From: Acaryochloridaceae cyanobacterium VAR_48_metabat_390
Lineage (GTDB): Bacteria > Cyanobacteriota > Cyanobacteriia > Thermosynechococcales > Thermosynechococcaceae
Reading direction: 5' to 3'
Assembly (NCBI GenBank): GCA_031422435.1
Contig: JANPLU010000057.1
Location: forward strand, 1 to 40,397
DNA: 40,397 nt
The translations under genes were made by a program, and so were the position numbers. Positions 26,563-38,189 of this stretch are shown in pieces. The first letter of the stretch is position 1. Every line of letters begins with the position of its first letter. Under the pieces are notes generated by a model. It saw only the letters and a list, made by a program, of their open reading frames with translations, was not told the origin of the DNA and did not search any database.

Positions 26563-27816
26563 TTAGGGAGTGAGCGGCCGAAATAGACCAAAGACGGCGG
26601 TGTAGCCGTGCAAAAATGTCGCGTCTCCAATTTGCCCAATTTCACCCTGACCGAAAAACCCTCCGATGGGTGTTGTGCCCACATACTGACGAAAAAGCTG
26701 CGTGTCAAAGTTCGGCTGTCCATAAAATCGTTCGCCACGCCCTAAGCAGTTAAAGAGCAGTGCTCCTGCTGGGGGTGTGAGATATCCAGAATGTTTCTCT
26801 TGATAGTCAATCAGCAGCATTTCTAATTCTTCAGCAGAAGCTTCAGCATCGCGCAGATGGAACTGGATGCGCTGCCCTGGACGGATGCGATCGCCAATGG
26901 CGATCGCCCCAATGCGAGGATCGACCCCCAGCAGGTTCCGGATCAGAAAGTCGCCCGTTTCGAGAGTGGTCTTAAACCCATCCCGCACAATGCCAATGGA
27001 CAATGCATTTTGCGCCTTTGCGCGATCTGTTTCATCTAAGGTATCGAGGGCGCGGTGCAGCGCCTCAAGGGCAGTCTGTACCTTCGTATCAACCGCAGCG
27101 GTTTCCCAGCGCTCCCCTTCAGGATGCGCCTCGACCTGAAGCAGCACATGCCGATCGGACTCCGCCACCCGCAGTAGCGAACCCACGGGACGACAGCCCT
27201 GAGCAACAATGGTTTCTACTTCAATATTGCCGCTGAGCGCCACCCCCACAACACCCTCTCGCATCAGGCGACCGTGACAAAAGAGTCCGCTGCCACCTGA
27301 GGCCGAAACGCCAGCGGTCAGTCCACCAATTTTGACCCCTTGAGGATAGGCATAATCTAGACCCTGAAGCAGGTCATTAATGCGGGCGCTCATAGAGTCA
27401 CCCAGTAAAATAAAGTGGGGGTTCTCCGCCGGATCGACCCCAACAATATCGACCCAAGCATCAGGAGAGCTATCTAGATCGGGCAAGGTTTCTGGACGCA
27501 GGTGAAAGGGATGAACCTTTACATCGGGCAGGGCTGCCAGCGTTAATGAAATGGCAGGCTCATCTTCTATTTCTTGGGGTCGTCCTGAGGCGGATTGACC
27601 AATGATGCCACCGCCACCACACCCCAAAATTGGCGTAGTACCTAGCCGCAGTCTTAGCAGCGGCATCAGGCGAGAATATTCACTCGCAAACGCATCGGAG
27701 ATATAGACAAAAGCGAGATCAGCCACTTGACCTAAGGCAACCTGGGCTTTATCTACCACTTCGTTAACCGCTGCCTCAAGAGAGGGATGAGTTGAAATCG
27801 CGCTAGTCCACTTCAT
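26563..27816 (-). CDS. FIST N/C-domain signal transduction protein
   Basis: GCGGGGIIG, VAQGCRPVG, QFHLRDA, CLGRG, GEIG and LHGYT motifs. Confidence 0.9.
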   Translation of the reverse strand: MKWTSAISTHPSLEAAVNEVVDKAQVALGQVADLAFVYISDAFASEYSRLMPLLRLRLGTTPILGCGGGGIIGQSASGRPQEIEDEPAISLTLAALPDVKVHPFHLRPETLPDLDSSPDAWVDIVGVDPAENPHFILLGDSMSARINDLLQGLDYAYPQGVKIGGLTAGVSASGGSGLFCHGRLMREGVVGVALSGNIEVETIVAQGCRPVGSLLRVAESDRHVLLQVEAHPEGERWETAAVDTKVQTALEALHRALDTLDETDRAKAQNALSIGIVRDGFKTTLETGDFLIRNLLGVDPRIGAIAIGDRIRPGQRIQFHLRDAEASAEELEMLLIDYQEKHSGYLTPPAGALLFNCLGRGERFYGQPNFDTQLFRQYVGTTPIGGFFGQGEIGQIGDATFLHGYTAVFGLFRPLTP

Positions 27817-28010
27817 CTGGCCTCCTTTTCGCTGCTGCCAGCCACTACTTGAAACACTTAATTTAAATCTATTGTGACACCCCAGCCGCCAAACCGCAGC
27901 TTTGAGCGCAGACTGTCTTTAGCAAGAGGCCTTTTACATACTTGATGCGATCCAAAACGCATTAGAGTTGAGAAGTATCTACGCTGCCTTGTCCCAGGAG
28001 AATTCATTCA

Positions 28011-28529
28011 ATGCCCACCCCTGAAAATTTTTTAACCTATACCCAGTGGGGTGGCATCGCAACCTTGGCACTGGCAGGGTTGACGGTGCTGGCTTTTGTT
28101 TTTAAGTGGGGGTTTCGGTTTCGGTTAGTGGGCGCAACGGGCTTTATGGGTGTGTTGACGGGGGGGCTATTTTCTCTGGCGTTTGTGCCCTTCTCACAAA
28201 CGGTGATTCCCAATTCAACCAAATATTCTTTGGTCTACGATATGGGGGGTGCAAATGTTGTCATTGCGGTTGCTCCAACCATTACTCAGCCTCAGCTTAA
28301 GGCTACGTTAGAGCAGGCCGCCATTAATTTATTTTCTCCAGGACGACTCGGACGCGGCAATACTCAGCAGCTTACGCTGAGGGCGCGGACGGTCATTCAT
28401 CCTGAAGAAGGCGTTTCGGTACCGCTATACCTCGGCGAAGCACAGCGATCGCTGGCGACACGAGAAGATGCAAACCTTGAAGTCACTGTGTTTGAGCAAA
28501 GTATGACGCGGCTGCCCCAACCCACTTAG
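28011..28529 (+). CDS. ycf51: Ycf51 / DUF2518 family protein
   Basis: WGFRFRLVGATGF, YDMGG, TLEQAAINLFSPGR and PLYLG. Confidence 0.88.
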   Translation: MPTPENFLTYTQWGGIATLALAGLTVLAFVFKWGFRFRLVGATGFMGVLTGGLFSLAFVPFSQTVIPNSTKYSLVYDMGGANVVIAVAPTITQPQLKATLEQAAINLFSPGRLGRGNTQQLTLRARTVIHPEEGVSVPLYLGEAQRSLATREDANLEVTVFEQSMTRLPQPT

Positions 28530-29065
28530 GTATCTTGAATGCTCGGAGTGGTGGCGAGGGTCTTAGCGCCACTGTGCATCTGCTCAATTTCTAAGGGCAG
28601 CCAAACGTGGGGGGCGTGGCAATAGTGAGCCACCAACAACCCCCATAGCCCCTTTGAAGTTAAAATTGGCACCACTAAATTCGCCTGAACCTGCATACTT
28701 TTTAGAAAATCACGATGGCATTCGTGGATAGGTTCGGTTGCGGTATTGGCGATCGCCCGATATCGACCTGCTTCGTACAGTGCGGCATACTCACCGTTAA
28801 AACAGTCATCTGCACCCGTCGATCCAAGAATAGTCAAGGCCGGATTGCTCAGCGCCTCAGAAACCACCTGACCTTTCCACTGCCGAAAAAAGTAGTACAG
28901 CGCCACGCGATCGGCCTGAAGCTGTTGCTGAAGCCCAAAGGTAATGTCTCGCACCACGGCATCTCTCTTAAGATTACCTGCGACGCGATCTAGGATCCTT
29001 TGCAGCCATTGGCTTTCGGATTGGGCAACAGGGCGCTCTGGGTGTAGATTAGATAGGTTTTCCAC
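28526..29065 (-). CDS. Stand-alone GAF protein with cyanobacteriochrome DXCF and CH motifs
   Basis: LQADRVALYYF, DDCF, ECHRDFL, QVQANLVVPI and LWGLLVAHYC. Confidence 0.85.
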   Translation of the reverse strand: MENLSNLHPERPVAQSESQWLQRILDRVAGNLKRDAVVRDITFGLQQQLQADRVALYYFFRQWKGQVVSEALSNPALTILGSTGADDCFNGEYAALYEAGRYRAIANTATEPIHECHRDFLKSMQVQANLVVPILTSKGLWGLLVAHYCHAPHVWLPLEIEQMHSGAKTLATTPSIQDT

Positions 29066-29209
29066 AAACTGCTGGAACCATTGTTGTATTTAAGACGATG
29101 CTCAAGGGGCAAAACCCAACGTGAACTATTTTAATGGATTGGCAGACTGTTGAGCTGATGTACTCCCATTGTATTAGCTGGAGCCAGTGATGCCACGCGC
29201 CATTTATTT

Positions 29210-29581
29210 CTAAAACAACATCTTAAAGTACTCAGCAAAATGTCCGGACAGAAGGTTAATACCTAGCATTGACTTCAAAAGATAGAGAGATAGGACGATA
29301 AAACCACTAATGGCAAGATTAACTCCTAAAAGCAGCAGAACTGCCGTGAGGGTGTTGCCCAATTTAGTCCAACGGTTGACAGCGTAGGTGCGTTGCTGAT
29401 CGCGCCGATCTCTGCCAACCATCAGCACGACGTAAAACCGAGTGACCACTAAATCAATCCCAAATCGGACATCAATGAGTTTAGGTCGCGGTGGCGATGG
29501 CGATCGCTCCGTTAACCTGGGTTCACTGTTAGTCGATGCATTGTCTTGATGGCGATCATTATTTCTGTCGGCCTGATCCAT
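29210..29581 (-). CDS. Hypothetical membrane protein
   Basis: 123-aa ORF with IDVRFGIDL..RFYVVLMVGRDRR and YLLKSMLGINL and a C-terminal TM segment. Confidence 0.7.
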   Translation of the reverse strand: MDQADRNNDRHQDNASTNSEPRLTERSPSPPRPKLIDVRFGIDLVVTRFYVVLMVGRDRRDQQRTYAVNRWTKLGNTLTAVLLLLGVNLAISGFIVLSLYLLKSMLGINLLSGHFAEYFKMLF

Positions 29582-29586
29582 AAAAT

Positions 29587-30060
29587 TTAGACCTGATGGG
29601 TTGCTGACACAAGGCTATACATGTAAACTCCCATCCCTAGAGCGCTCCAGCTTAAACCCACAGTGAATCCAAAGATCGCAATAGGGCGTAAAGATAAAGG
29701 CTTTAAAGCCCAACGTGCAAAGGCCAACATTAAAATCACGAGTCCGCCTCTCACCCATAGGTTTAGTAGCGACGCGGCCCAAACTTGGGCAATCACGTCA
29801 TGCATCGGCTGGGGCATGGCACGGGTGATGGTTGCAATCCACATTAATGCCAGTAGCCAAACCATTGCAGGGGCGATCGCCGCAGACCCAGCCCAAGTCA
29901 AATGAAGCATTACCGCTAGTGTGCCTAACCAAACCCAAGGTAAAACATCATAGGCGGTTAGACCCATGCCAAGGCTACAGCCCGTCAGCCACAGTAATAC
30001 AAAATAAATACCTGATCCAATTAGAGATAGAGTGTCGGACTTTTTTTGAAGAAAGGCCAT
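29587..30060 (-). CDS. Hypothetical multi-pass membrane protein
   Basis: Highly hydrophobic ORF ending 5 nt before the next gene's ATG. Start at 30060 or 30090. Confidence 0.65.
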   Translation of the reverse strand: MAFLQKKSDTLSLIGSGIYFVLLWLTGCSLGMGLTAYDVLPWVWLGTLAVMLHLTWAGSAAIAPAMVWLLALMWIATITRAMPQPMHDVIAQVWAASLLNLWVRGGLVILMLAFARWALKPLSLRPIAIFGFTVGLSWSALGMGVYMYSLVSATHQV

Positions 30061-30252
30061 TACAGATTTTTCTAAAACAGCACTGAACAAAAAACTGCTT
30101 TATCCAGCATTCACAGAAGGCGAATGATTTAGATCACGACAAGGGGATCAAATGATTGGAAGGCTTGGTTCAATTACTCTGTATAGCGAGGGATATCCCT
30201 TCGTTGGGTGGCCTGATACCCTATATAAAAGCTGTACCTAAAGGCTGTATCA

Positions 30253-30972
30253 ATGATGAATGTTTCACTTAGACGCTTATTGGCGTTAAGCCTGTGCTGT
30301 ATTGCACTGCTCATAGGCGGGAGCGCCAGTGCGATAGCTCCACATCAAGAATCCACATCTCCCTTCACCCTGCCTCCGCTCCCCTATGACTACAAAGCGC
30401 TAGAGCCATATATTGATGCCCAAACGATGCAGCTTCATCATGACAAGCATCATGCAGCCTATGTAGCTAATCTCAACAAAGCGCTTGAAAAATATCCAGA
30501 ACTTAAAGATAAAACCCTTGAAGAATTAGTCAAGACATCCGACCAAATTCCTGAAGACATTCGGAGCATTGTCCGCAATAACGGCGGCGGGCACTACAAC
30601 CACTCGATGTTTTGGAGCATTATGAGTCCCAAGGGTGGCGGTAAGCCTAAAGGCAAACTTGCCGCCGCCATTGATGGCCAGTTTGGCAGCTTTGAGAAAT
30701 TTCAGCAGGCGTTTGAAGCAGCGGGTGCCAGTCGGTTTGGCAGCGGCTGGGTGTGGCTGGTTAAAACCACCCAGAATAAGCTTGAAATTACCACCACGCC
30801 CAATCAAGATACACCCCTAGCAGCAGGCATGTTTCCCGTGATGGGCAACGATGTGTGGGAGCACGCCTACTACCTCAAGTATCAAAACCGCCGTCCAGAG
30901 TACCTTAAGGCGTGGTGGAACGTAGTCAATTGGTCTGAGATTGGCAAGCGATTTGAAGCGGGACAAGCATAG
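30253..30972 (+). CDS. sodA: Superoxide dismutase (Mn-type signature) with N-terminal signal/anchor
   Basis: [19 protein letters not shown] and DVWEHAYY motifs. Confidence 0.9.
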   Translation: MMNVSLRRLLALSLCCIALLIGGSASAIAPHQESTSPFTLPPLPYDYKALEPYIDAQTMQLHHDKHHAAYVANLNKALEKYPELKDKTLEELVKTSDQIPEDIRSIVRNNGGGHYNHSMFWSIMSPKGGGKPKGKLAAAIDGQFGSFEKFQQAFEAAGASRFGSGWVWLVKTTQNKLEITTTPNQDTPLAAGMFPVMGNDVWEHAYYLKYQNRRPEYLKAWWNVVNWSEIGKRFEAGQA

Positions 30973-30998
30973 TCGCGTCATCTGACATTTTGTAGCGT

Positions 30999-31040
30999 TA
31001 AGAACAGACCGCCATCTAAAAGTTCCGCTGTCTGTTCTTA
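30999..31040. terminator. 11-bp inverted repeat between sodA and typA
   Basis: TAAGAACAGAC...GTCTGTTCTTA. Confidence 0.45.
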
Positions 31041-31183
31041 GCGCCAAGTGTTACGATGAAAATGTTAAGTATTTTTTACGAATGGTGTGAAAAGCTGTCG
31101 CCACCCCAAAGCGCCAGCGCTAACAACTTCAGCTTAAGGTACTGACCTTAATTTAATCGCTTGATAGGTTTGGAACAAGTTTT

Positions 31184-32977
31184 ATGAGTCTTCCCATTCG
31201 GAACGTTGCCATTATTGCTCACGTTGATCACGGCAAAACCACCCTTGTAGATGCGCTTTTAAAGCAGTCCGGCACGTTTCGAGAAGGCGAAGATGTTCCT
31301 GATTGCGTGATGGACTCTAACGCCATTGAGCGCGAGCGCGGCATCACTATCTTGTCTAAAAATACGGCGGTACGCTACAAAGATACCCTCGTTAATATTG
31401 TAGATACCCCTGGTCACGCAGACTTCGGTGGCGAAGTTGAGCGCGTTTTGGGCATGGTGGACGGCTGTCTGCTGATTGTAGATGCCAATGAAGGGCCAAT
31501 GCCTCAAACCCGTTTTGTGCTCAAAAAAGCCCTAGAGAAGGGCTTGCGACCCATTGTATTTGTTAATAAAATTGACCGCCCTCGCGCCGACCCCCACATT
31601 GCGGTAGATAAGGTATTGGACTTGTTCCTCGAACTAGGTGCAGACGATGACCAGTGCGATTTCCCTTACCTGTTTGGCTCGGGTTTAGGCGGATTTGCGA
31701 AGGACAAGCTCGAAGACGAGAACGTGGACATGATGCCGCTGTTTGAGGCTTTGCTCAGCCACGTTCCACCTCCTGCGGGCGACCCCAACCGTCCCCTTCA
31801 GATTCAGGTCACAACACTAGACTATTCCGAATATCTCGGTCGTATCATTATCGGCAAAATCCATAACGGCACGATTAGAGCAGGCCAACAGGCATCCCTG
31901 ATGAAGGAAGACGGCTCTATTGTAAAAGGCAAAATTTCTAAGCTCTTGGGCTTTGATGGTCTTAAACGGGTTGAGCTAGAGTCTTCTACCGCCGGAAACT
32001 TAGTGGCGGTGGCTGGATTTGCCGATGCCAACATTGGCGAAACGATTACAGACCCTACTGACCCCACGGCGCTGCCGATGATTAAGGTGGATGAACCCAC
32101 TTTGCAGATGACCTTCTGCGTCAATGATTCTCCCTTTGCAGGACAAGAGGGCAAGTTTGTTACCTCTCGTCAACTACGCGATCGCCTCATGCGCGAGCTA
32201 GAAACCAACGTGGCCTTGCGGGTTGAAGAAACCGACTCACCGGACCGCTTTGCCGTATCGGGTCGGGGTGAGCTGCACTTGGGCATCTTGATTGAGAACA
32301 TGCGTCGAGAAGGCTATGAGTTTCAGGTGTCTCAGCCTCAGGTAATTTACCGCGAAGTGAACGGTCAACCCTGCGAACCGTTTGAGTATTTGGTGCTAGA
32401 CGTACCGGAAGATGGCGTGGGCGGCTGTATTGAGCGCCTAGGCCAACGCAAGGGCGAAATGCAGGATATGCAGGTGGGGATTCACGGGCGATCGCAGCTT
32501 GAATTCGTAATCCCAGCCCGTGGGCTAATCGGCTTTAGAGGTGAGTTTATGCGTCTGACTCGGGGTGCAGGTATCATGAACCACAGCTTCTTAGAATATC
32601 GTCCGCTGGCAGGGGACATCAATGCCCGTCGCAATGGCGTATTGATTTCCTTTGAGGAAGGCATTGTAACGTTCTACTCCCTCAAAAATGCTGAAGATCG
32701 CGGCATCTTCTTTATTGAACCTGGCACCAAGGTATATCGTGGAATGATCGTTGGGGAAAACAACCGCCCTCAAGATCTAGAGCTGAACCTATGTAAAGCT
32801 AAGCAGCTCACCAACCACCGCAGCGCCACGGGTGACGAACTCGTGCAGCTTCAGTCCCCTATGGAAATGAACCTGGAGCGGGCGCTGGAATATATCAGCG
32901 CCGATGAGCTAGTAGAAGTGACGCCAGAATCTATTCGTCTGCGCAAGATGGCAAATAAGAAGCTGGCGAAACGCTAA
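31184..32977 (+). CDS. typA: Translational GTPase TypA/BipA
   Basis: [32 protein letters not shown] and [12 protein letters not shown] motifs. Confidence 0.97.
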   Translation: MSLPIRNVAIIAHVDHGKTTLVDALLKQSGTFREGEDVPDCVMDSNAIERERGITILSKNTAVRYKDTLVNIVDTPGHADFGGEVERVLGMVDGCLLIVDANEGPMPQTRFVLKKALEKGLRPIVFVNKIDRPRADPHIAVDKVLDLFLELGADDDQCDFPYLFGSGLGGFAKDKLEDENVDMMPLFEALLSHVPPPAGDPNRPLQIQVTTLDYSEYLGRIIIGKIHNGTIRAGQQASLMKEDGSIVKGKISKLLGFDGLKRVELESSTAGNLVAVAGFADANIGETITDPTDPTALPMIKVDEPTLQMTFCVNDSPFAGQEGKFVTSRQLRDRLMRELETNVALRVEETDSPDRFAVSGRGELHLGILIENMRREGYEFQVSQPQVIYREVNGQPCEPFEYLVLDVPEDGVGGCIERLGQRKGEMQDMQVGIHGRSQLEFVIPARGLIGFRGEFMRLTRGAGIMNHSFLEYRPLAGDINARRNGVLISFEEGIVTFYSLKNAEDRGIFFIEPGTKVYRGMIVGENNRPQDLELNLCKAKQLTNHRSATGDELVQLQSPMEMNLERALEYISADELVEVTPESIRLRKMANKKLAKR

Positions 32978-32994
32978 CTTAAGTTTTGTCAAAG

Positions 32995-33051
32995 GCTAGA
33001 AAGGCAGCCTATGCGAAAAATGTAGGTAAGTCTTTCTAGCTACTTTTTTTT
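32995..33051 (+). terminator. Intrinsic terminator after typA
   Basis: GCTAGAAAGG...TCTTTCTAGC followed by T8. Confidence 0.7.
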
Positions 33052-33097
33052 CTTGAGGTCAATCGTCAGATATAGGATTTACAATCTATTTCTTGGC

Positions 33098-33418
33098 ATG
33101 GACACTACTCTTAAATCTATTCTGACCTGTCTAAAACAAGAGCTTATTCAGCTCTATGGAGCGCGCCTTCAGAACCTGATGCTCTTTGGTTCCCAAGCTC
33201 GTGGTGACGCTGAACCAGGATCAGATATTGATGTACTGGTGGTGCTGAAGCCTCCCGTAAATCCTGGGGAAGAGATCAAGCGAACGGGTAAGGCGATCTC
33301 CGACCTTTCTCTTCAAAATGATGTAGTAATTAGCTGCATCTTCATGGATGCAGCGCACTACCAAACCCGAAACGGATCTCTACTTCGCAACATTCGCAAA
33401 GAAGGGATCTTGCTATGA
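33098..33418 (+). CDS. Minimal nucleotidyltransferase (MNT) antitoxin
   Basis: [21 protein letters not shown] motif. ATGA overlap with the HEPN gene. Confidence 0.9.
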   Translation: MDTTLKSILTCLKQELIQLYGARLQNLMLFGSQARGDAEPGSDIDVLVVLKPPVNPGEEIKRTGKAISDLSLQNDVVISCIFMDAAHYQTRNGSLLRNIRKEGILL

Positions 33419-33795
33419 CAAACGAGCAGCGGGATCTTCTTCTCAAGGCGCAACAGAGTTTGGGAGCCGCAAAGCTTTTGCTCGACCACAATTACCCAGA
33501 TCAGGCTACCTCCCGCGCTTATTACGCCATGTTTTACATAGCAGAAGCCTTTTTAGAAGGCCAAGGACTTTCATTTTCTAAGCACTCAGCCGTCATCGCT
33601 GCCTTTGGGCGAGAGTTTGCCAAACCATAACGAATTCCGACCGAATTTCACCGATTTTTGATTGAAGCACAAGCACTGCGAACAACCAGCGACTACGGAC
33701 AGCTGAACGCCGTCACTACTGACCAAGCAGCAGAACAAATAGACCGCGCCAAACAGTTTTTAGCACTTGCACTTCAGGAACTTGGGACAATCTAG
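33415..33795 (+). pseudogene. HEPN-domain protein interrupted by a single in-frame TAA (33628-33630)
   Basis: [42 protein letters not shown] continues in frame to TAG at 33793-33795. Confidence 0.9.
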
Positions 33796-33806
33796 AAGCC
33801 TAAAAA

Positions 33807-33840
33807 CAAAGCCTCTTGATCTAAGTGACCAGAGGCTTTG
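33807..33840. terminator. Hairpin between convergent genes
   Basis: CAAAGCCTCT-N14-AGAGGCTTTG. Confidence 0.6.
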
Positions 33841-33905
33841 CTCTATATGAATAGATCAATCTGCGTAGAGACTATATCAGACCTACTAAATGTCCGACAG
33901 AGTGG

Positions 33906-34430
33906 CTAAAATCCTTGATCGCGCATCATGCCCATCGCCTGTTTTCCGCCGCGACCACGACCGCGATGCTCTTGCTTAAGCTGAGCGGACTTAACCCGCT
34001 GCTCTGGCGTTAAAACCTGCCGAATTTTCAGCATCGTGTCAAAACGGCGTTCACCGATTTGCTGACGCAGTGCCTGTATCTCACGGTGCTGCTGGCGAAG
34101 CTGATCGTCGCTTGCATTACCCGTCATGAGAGACTTTTGCTTTTCAGCAGCAGCCTTCATTTGTTGGCGCAGACCCTCTGAAGAAGATTTTTCCTGATCG
34201 CGAATCTGCTTAATTTGGGCTTTTTGGTCTGTGCTGAGGTTGAGCTGCTCTTGCCACTTATCACCCCAGCCGCCTCGTTTGCTGCGATCGCCAGGGGCGG
34301 GTGCATTTTGTTCGGTAGGCGAAGACTGTGCTAAAGCCGCAGTGTGCATGACCGATTGCGTCATCACGAAGCCACCTACGGGGATTAACACAGAAGCAGC
34401 ACCAGCCATCAGTAAAGAGCGTAGTTTCAT
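33906..34430 (-). CDS. Spy/CpxP-family periplasmic chaperone (LTXXQ motif)
   Basis: Signal peptide, LNLSTDQKAQI and IRQVLTPEQR. Confidence 0.88.
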   Translation of the reverse strand: MKLRSLLMAGAASVLIPVGGFVMTQSVMHTAALAQSSPTEQNAPAPGDRSKRGGWGDKWQEQLNLSTDQKAQIKQIRDQEKSSSEGLRQQMKAAAEKQKSLMTGNASDDQLRQQHREIQALRQQIGERRFDTMLKIRQVLTPEQRVKSAQLKQEHRGRGRGGKQAMGMMRDQGF

Positions 34431-34702
34431 TTTCAAAATTCTCCTTGAAGTACTTTGTCTCAAAGGCAGTTGCCGTTCTCAACTCTCAAGCCTTTGTTCA
34501 CCTTTTAATCCTATTAATTCTCGACTTAAAGCAACAGGATCGGAGTTCCCAACTGTTCTAGGTCTGAAGGTCTAACTGGCTTTAGAACTTTAGTACCAGC
34601 CTTCGCATCAGCAATGCAAACCCTTAGATCCTGTTAGGGTTCTCAGGCGCTGCCCTATAGTAAAGGTCTTAGAGATGTGACCTTTATTCAGTCTTTGCTG
34701 GA

Positions 34703-35992
34703 ATGCGACAGCGCTTACCCTGGCTCCAACATCCCTTCCCGCTCTTGCTGTATCTAGAGTGGGTGCTGTTGGGCATTGCAATGTTAGCGGCAATTCCAAC
34801 CCCCTTTAGATCTCGACGATCAGGGATGTTTCGGCTGGCTGCGGAAGGATGGGGGGCAGAACCCTTTATTCTGGGCATATTTTTATGCATCATTGCGATT
34901 GGAATTTTAGGGCTACGGCTGCCTCATCAAAGATCTAAGATCCAGAAAATTCTATTTACGGCTCTGGGGTTTGGCCTGTGCTGGCTCACGATTTTGTCGG
35001 GTGGGATGGGGGGCAATAGCTTTCCGGCACTGCTGCTGATTGTTGTAGTGCGAGCCTGTCTACTCTTTGATTGGAACGGTCGCTTGGTGACGGCACTGCT
35101 GGCCTTCGGCTCTTTTTTAATGAGGCTGCTGCTGGGTATCCGCCGCTTTTTAGACCCTGATCTTGCGCGTCCCGAACGGATGCCGCGATATCTATCGCCG
35201 GAACAGGTTCAGTCTGCGGTGATTAACCTAACGCTTAATTCGGCGCTGCTCTTTGGGCTGGTGCTGGTGTTTGTGCTATTGATGGTGGGCGCAATTTTGA
35301 CCGAACGCCAGAGCCGCGATCGCCTTACCCTTGCGAATGACCGTCTCCGTCGCTATGCGCTGCTGATTGAAAACCAGGCTACTCTCCAAGAGCGCAACCG
35401 CATCGCTCGCGAAATCCATGATTCTGTGGGTCATGCACTCACGGCGCAAAGCATTCAGCTTGAGAACGTTGCAGTGTGGCTGTCTGAAGATTTTAATCGG
35501 GCACAGCAACATCTCCAAAAAGCCCGAGGTTTGGGGAAAGAAGCACTCCAGAATGTGCGGCAGTCTGTTGCAACGATGCGTCAGCCACCCCTCCAAGGTC
35601 AATCTTTTAACGACGCAATCAAAAAACTGGTGCAGGAATTTGAGCGCAATACCGGAATTCACGCAACAATGCAGATTCAGGCGATGCAGGGGCTACCAGC
35701 CGATATTGCGATCGCCCTCTACCGCATTGTGCAAGAAGCCATGACCAATATTGCCAAACATAGTCAGGCGACCCATGTGAGTCTTACCCTAAGCGAAAAC
35801 GCAAGAGAACTAGAATTAATCATTGAAGATAACGGACAGGGGTTTGATCCTACCCAAAACACTACAGGTTTTGGACTCCAAAGTATGCGAGAGCGCACCG
35901 AGGCGTTGGGTGGCCTATTTTACCTCTCTAGTCACCCTGAGGAGGGGTGCCGTCTGCGCGTCAATGTCCCTCAGGGAGGGCGCGTCACATGA
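34703..35992 (+). CDS. Membrane sensor histidine kinase (HisKA_3, NarX/DesK type)
   Basis: ERNRIAREIHDSVGH, QEAMTNIAKHS, DNGQGFD and GFGLQSMRER motifs. Confidence 0.93.
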   Translation: MRQRLPWLQHPFPLLLYLEWVLLGIAMLAAIPTPFRSRRSGMFRLAAEGWGAEPFILGIFLCIIAIGILGLRLPHQRSKIQKILFTALGFGLCWLTILSGGMGGNSFPALLLIVVVRACLLFDWNGRLVTALLAFGSFLMRLLLGIRRFLDPDLARPERMPRYLSPEQVQSAVINLTLNSALLFGLVLVFVLLMVGAILTERQSRDRLTLANDRLRRYALLIENQATLQERNRIAREIHDSVGHALTAQSIQLENVAVWLSEDFNRAQQHLQKARGLGKEALQNVRQSVATMRQPPLQGQSFNDAIKKLVQEFERNTGIHATMQIQAMQGLPADIAIALYRIVQEAMTNIAKHSQATHVSLTLSENARELELIIEDNGQGFDPTQNTTGFGLQSMRERTEALGGLFYLSSHPEEGCRLRVNVPQGGRVT

Positions 35993-36618
35993 TTAAGCTG
36001 CTGCTGGTAGACGACCAGGGCATTATTCGAGAAGGACTCCGCAGTTTGCTTGAGACTAAAGTAGACCTCACGATTATTGGCGAAGCCGAAAATGGCAAAG
36101 CCGCCGTTGAATTAGCCCTTTCTCTAAAGCCTGATGTGGTACTAATGGACGTGCGAATGCCCATTATGGATGGGGTTGCAGCCACCCGCGCATTAACGGA
36201 GCAGGCTCCTGATATTAAGGTTTTAATTTTAACCACCTTTGACGATGACGAATATGTAACCCAGGCGCTCCGCAGCGGAGCCAAGGGCTATCTGCTCAAA
36301 GACACGCCCTCCACAGAATTGGCGGATGCAATTCGAGCAATCCACCGAGGCTACACCCAGTTTGGGCCCGGGCTAATGGAAAAAGCTTTTTCAAGCGCTC
36401 CTATTGCAGAACAACCCCCAGAAGCCTTTACGCAGCTCACGCCACGGGAGCAGGAGGTGCTACAGCTCATTGCCATCGGATGCAGCAACCGCGAAATTGC
36501 GGAAAAACTCTACATTTCTGAACGGACGGTCAAAAATCACGTCAATAGTTTGTTGAGAAGACTAAACTTACGAGATCGCACCCAGGTCGCTATCCTCGCC
36601 GCCAAGTGGTCTTTGTAA
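35989..36618 (+). CDS. NarL/LuxR-family response regulator
   Basis: LLVDD, LMDVRMP, GYLLKD and LTPREQEVL..SNREIA..TVKNHV. ATGA overlap with the kinase. Confidence 0.95.
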   Translation: MIKLLLVDDQGIIREGLRSLLETKVDLTIIGEAENGKAAVELALSLKPDVVLMDVRMPIMDGVAATRALTEQAPDIKVLILTTFDDDEYVTQALRSGAKGYLLKDTPSTELADAIRAIHRGYTQFGPGLMEKAFSSAPIAEQPPEAFTQLTPREQEVLQLIAIGCSNREIAEKLYISERTVKNHVNSLLRRLNLRDRTQVAILAAKWSL

Positions 36619-36691
36619 ACCTCTACATTCTGTAAAAAAACAAAGCAGTGCTTCAGGGGTATGAGAGCATGGAAGCAGTGAACCGCATTGA

Positions 36692-37666
<975 letters not shown>

Positions 37667-38189
37667 AGCCTTTGTCTTACTCGACTGTGGCTTGTGATAG
37701 TCTTTATTGGATTTTCCTAGTTCGGCTGATTTAGATGAGTGGTTACGGACGCTTGGTGCGTAGCTATCGCGCTAGTATTGCCCCTAGCAAATCGCATCAG
37801 TCAAAAAAAATGATCGCCTCTACAACACTCCAAACTCAAATGATTGCCCTGACTAACAGCGCCATCTGACTCACCTGTAATGAGTCAGATTTTGGACGAG
37901 TCGTAAAACTGCGAATAGAAGATTGGGCAACAGTTAAATAGGCTAAGTTGAGGAATAAAACCCTGCTCTTATGGCTCCGTAGCGATCGCCTCCTGAGGCA
38001 TTTCAATATCACCGTTCATGAGGTTACTGATTCGAGGTTGGGTTTCGCCAAAAAATAAAGCTACTTTTTTTGAGTCCATCCTTGAGACTGGATATAACGT
38101 TTGATATTGAGGTTTAATGTGGAAATTGCTGCATAGCCTATAGGGATGGGAAAATAGAGACACTACAGACGATAGGAAGACTGAAAATT

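Noticed and set aside
2166..32977. Apparent clustering of translation genes (rimM, fusA, rpsA, ABC-F, typA)
   Set aside because: Scattered over 30 kb on both strands with unrelated genes between; no operon structure.
37969..38163. 64-aa minus-strand ORF
   Set aside because: No recognisable motif, and it lies in decayed intergenic DNA next to the IS5 remnant.
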